Source: Octopus bimaculoides
Taxonomy: Eukaryota
Direction of reading: 5' to 3'
Length of the DNA: 36,233 nt
Assembly: GCF_001194135.2 (NCBI RefSeq)
Contig: NC_068984.1
Location: 92,115,819 to 92,152,051, forward strand
This document shows positions 33,551 to 36,233 of the stretch, piece after piece (within the stretch, counting starts at the first letter, position 1; every line of letters begins with the position of its first letter). Position numbers and translations under genes: made by a program. The notes under the pieces are model-generated. The model made no database searches. It was given only the letters and a program-made list of their open reading frames with translations, and was not told the origin of the DNA.

Positions 33551-35942
33551 GAAAGGGGAATATTGTGGGAAACTACCGTCCCATAGCATGCCTAAACATA
33601 ATCTGGAAGATACTCACTGGAATATGTGCGGCAAAGACACACTTTCCTTGCACAGGAAGAAATACTACCAGGGAACAAAAAAGGATGTAGGAAGAGTTTT
33701 CAGGGTACAAAAGATCACCTGGCCATCGATAAAAGTTTTGAGGCATTATAAAAAGCATCATACAGGCATGTCTATGGCTTGGATTGAATTTAAGAAGGCA
33801 TATGATATGATACCTCATTCTTGAATCGTTAAATGTCTGCAGATGTTTGGTGTTGCTGGCATAGCATGAAACTGGAAAACCAAATTGAACTCAACTAATG
33901 TATTCCTTAGAGAAGTTAATATTAAAAGGGGAATCTTTCAAAGTGACTCGTTTTCTCCGTTACTTTTTGTAATTGCACTAATACCCATAACAATGACACT
34001 TAGAAGAGTTAAGACGGATTGCCGATGTGGGTAGGCCCATCATTGAACCATCTTATATTTATGGATGACCTGAAATTGTTTGGGAAATCTGAAAAACAGA
34101 TAGATTCCTTAACCAAAACAGTCCAGAAGTGTGGTAGGGACATCCGTATGGAATTTGGGATCACCAAATACTCAGTACTTAATATGAAAAGAGGGAAGAA
34201 AGCAGCCTGCAGAGGATTTAGTTAGGGATTTTGGAGCTGGATGACATTCTACACAGAGAAATGAAAGTCAAGGTTAGCGAGGCGTGTCAAAAAAGGGTAA
34301 AGATGGATTGAAATCCAATCTAAATGCCAAAACTTTGATTACCGCAATGAATATCTAGACTGTTGCGGTAGTCAGATATAGTGCGTCCATTCTCAAATGG
34401 ACTAAGGAGGAAATATCAACACTGGATAGAAGGGCGAGAAAATCGATGACGCTGCATGAGGCGCTAAACCCTAAAGCAAACGTAAACAGACTGTATATGA
34501 AAAGAAAGAATGGTGGCAGAGGACTAATTAGTATAGACCATTGTATAAGGAGTGAAAGGAGAACGCTTGCCAAGTATTTTATAAATAGTGATGAAAACCT
34601 GCTGCAATATGCCATGAAAGATATGGGTGCAAATGCAGATGAAATGATGGGCAAGACAGAGTTTGACCAAAGGAGAAGAGAAAAGAAGACCTTGAAATGA
34701 GAATGCATGGACAGTTTGAAAGGAATACACAAGAAGTTAAGGATAATACAGCATCGTGGGCATGGTTTGAGCGAGGTGATTTGAAGCTTACCGAATACCT
34801 GATCATTGCTGCACAAGACCAGGCTGTCGCTACCAATTCAGTGAAGTATAACATTTATAAAACTTCTGACACCCAGAAATGCAGACTCTGTGGAAAGAGT
34901 GTGGAAAATGTGACCCACTTGGCAAGTGGAAGTGAGAGCCTTGCACAAAAAGAATACAAACACCACCAAGATAAAGTGTGTGTGTATCTTCATTGACTCT
35001 TATGCTGTAAATACCAACATGAAGTAACAGAGAACGGGTCTGAGCAAGTATCAAATAAAGTTGTGCAGAAGGATGGAAAAGTAACGATACTCTGGGACAA
35101 TGATTTTCAGACGGATCGTGTAATCGAACATCATCGTCCGGATATTGTCATATTGAATAAGAGACAAATACTGTCAAATCATTGTTGTAGCCATACCAAA
35201 TGACATGAATGCTGTGAGGAAAGAGATTGAAAAGATCGCCAAGTACCAGGCGCAGGAGTGGCTGTGTGGTAAGTAGTTTGCTTACCAACCACATAGTTCC
35301 GGGTTCAGTCCCACTGCGTGGCACCTTGGGCAAGTGTCTTCTACTATAGCCTCGGGCCGACCAAAGCCTTGTGAGTGGATTTCGTAGACGGAAACTGAAA
35401 GAAGCCCGTCGTATATATGTATATATATATATATGTGTGCATGCGCGCGTGTGTGTTTGTGTGTCTGTGTTTGTCTCCCCACCATCGCTTGACAACCGAT
35501 GTTGGTGTGTTTATGTCCCCGTAACTTAGTGGTTCGGCAAAAGAAACCAATAGAATAAGTACTAGGCTTACAAAGAATAAGTTCTGGGGTCGATTTGCTC
35601 GACTAAAGGCGGTGCTCCAGCATGGCCGAAGTCAAATGACTGAAACGAGTAAAAGAGTAAACGAGTAAGTACTCCGAATTGAAAGTGGAAATGGCAAGAC
35701 TGTCTGGAATGCGAGAGTGTAATGTAAAAGTGATACCAGTGATACCAGTGGGTTCAATTCCATTGAAACTTATTAAGGAAACTGGAAATCCCATTCACGA
35801 TTGATGTCTTGCAAAAAGCAGCCTTACTGGGCACAGTGCACATCTTAAGGAAAGTATTATCTCTCTGAGGTCCTTGTTGTAACTTGACAGATGACTAGAG
35901 ACTCCGGTGTATTTTTAGCTACACTGTGTTAGGAAAGAATAA

Positions 35943-35943
<1 letters not shown>
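33551..35943 (+). mobile_element. Second, 5'-truncated R4/Dong-like LINE of a different subfamily, interrupted by a SINE
   Basis: GNYRPIACLNIIWKILTG, AWIEFKKAYDMIPHS, HLIFMDDLKLFG, GGRGL, CRLCGKSVENVTHL, HHRPDIV, IAKY|SELKVEMARL; 3' UTR ending in (AAT)n. Confidence 0.9.
35249..35666 (+). mobile_element. Full-length tRNA-derived SINE inserted in the LINE RLE domain
   Basis: Same family as 3511-3926; flanked by aagtac at 35241-35246 and 35667-35672 (TSD-like). Confidence 0.92.
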
Positions 35944-36001
<58 letters not shown>

Positions 36002-36010
36002 GTAATAATA
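35944..36010. repeat. (AAT)n tail/target microsatellite
   Basis: Direct run. Confidence 0.95.
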
Positions 36011-36233
36011 GCACTCAATGAACAAATGGCAGACAGTGCTACAGCTCCAAACAAAAGAGGGACTTGTGAAAACGAAAGCCATCCCCATTAGAAGAGGAAT
36101 ATTCCAGGGAGACACGCTCTCTCCACTCCTGTTCTGTCTGGCACTCACACCTTTAACTGAATTGCTAAATAGAACTGGATGCGGTTACAAATGCTACGGA
36201 AAAACAGTCAGCCACCTTTTATATATGGATGAC
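36011..36233 (+). mobile_element. Third R4/Dong-like LINE fragment (RT core), running off the window
   Basis: IPIRRGIFQGDTLSPLLFCLALTPL...VSHLLYMDD. Confidence 0.88.

Overview
AT-rich, microsatellite-rich animal genomic DNA with many N gaps and no recognisable host gene, rRNA, functional tRNA or CRISPR. It is most likely cephalopod/Octopus; this is inferred from the tRNA-derived SINE families and the (TA)n/(CA)n load, not verified by a search. The window is a mosaic of decayed mobile elements: tRNA-derived SINEs, a maT (DD37D) and a mariner remnant, an APE-type (CR1/L2-like) LINE, four RLE-type R4/Dong-like LINE pieces, and at least five Penelope-like element (PLE) fragments. The main signal absent from the ORF track is a set of about nine minimal type-I hammerhead-ribozyme (HHR) motifs (CUGANGA-stem II-GAAAC-palindromic stem III-GUH), ranging from near-intact to partial. 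Five cluster in an ORF-free 2.8 kb island (10.8-13.6 kb) built from inverted repeats. A tRNA-like Pol III module followed by an HHR-like core sits in the 3' end of a Penelope element. All ORFs spanning N runs are artefacts. Everything was read by eye, so boundaries are approximate and family names come from motif recognition only.
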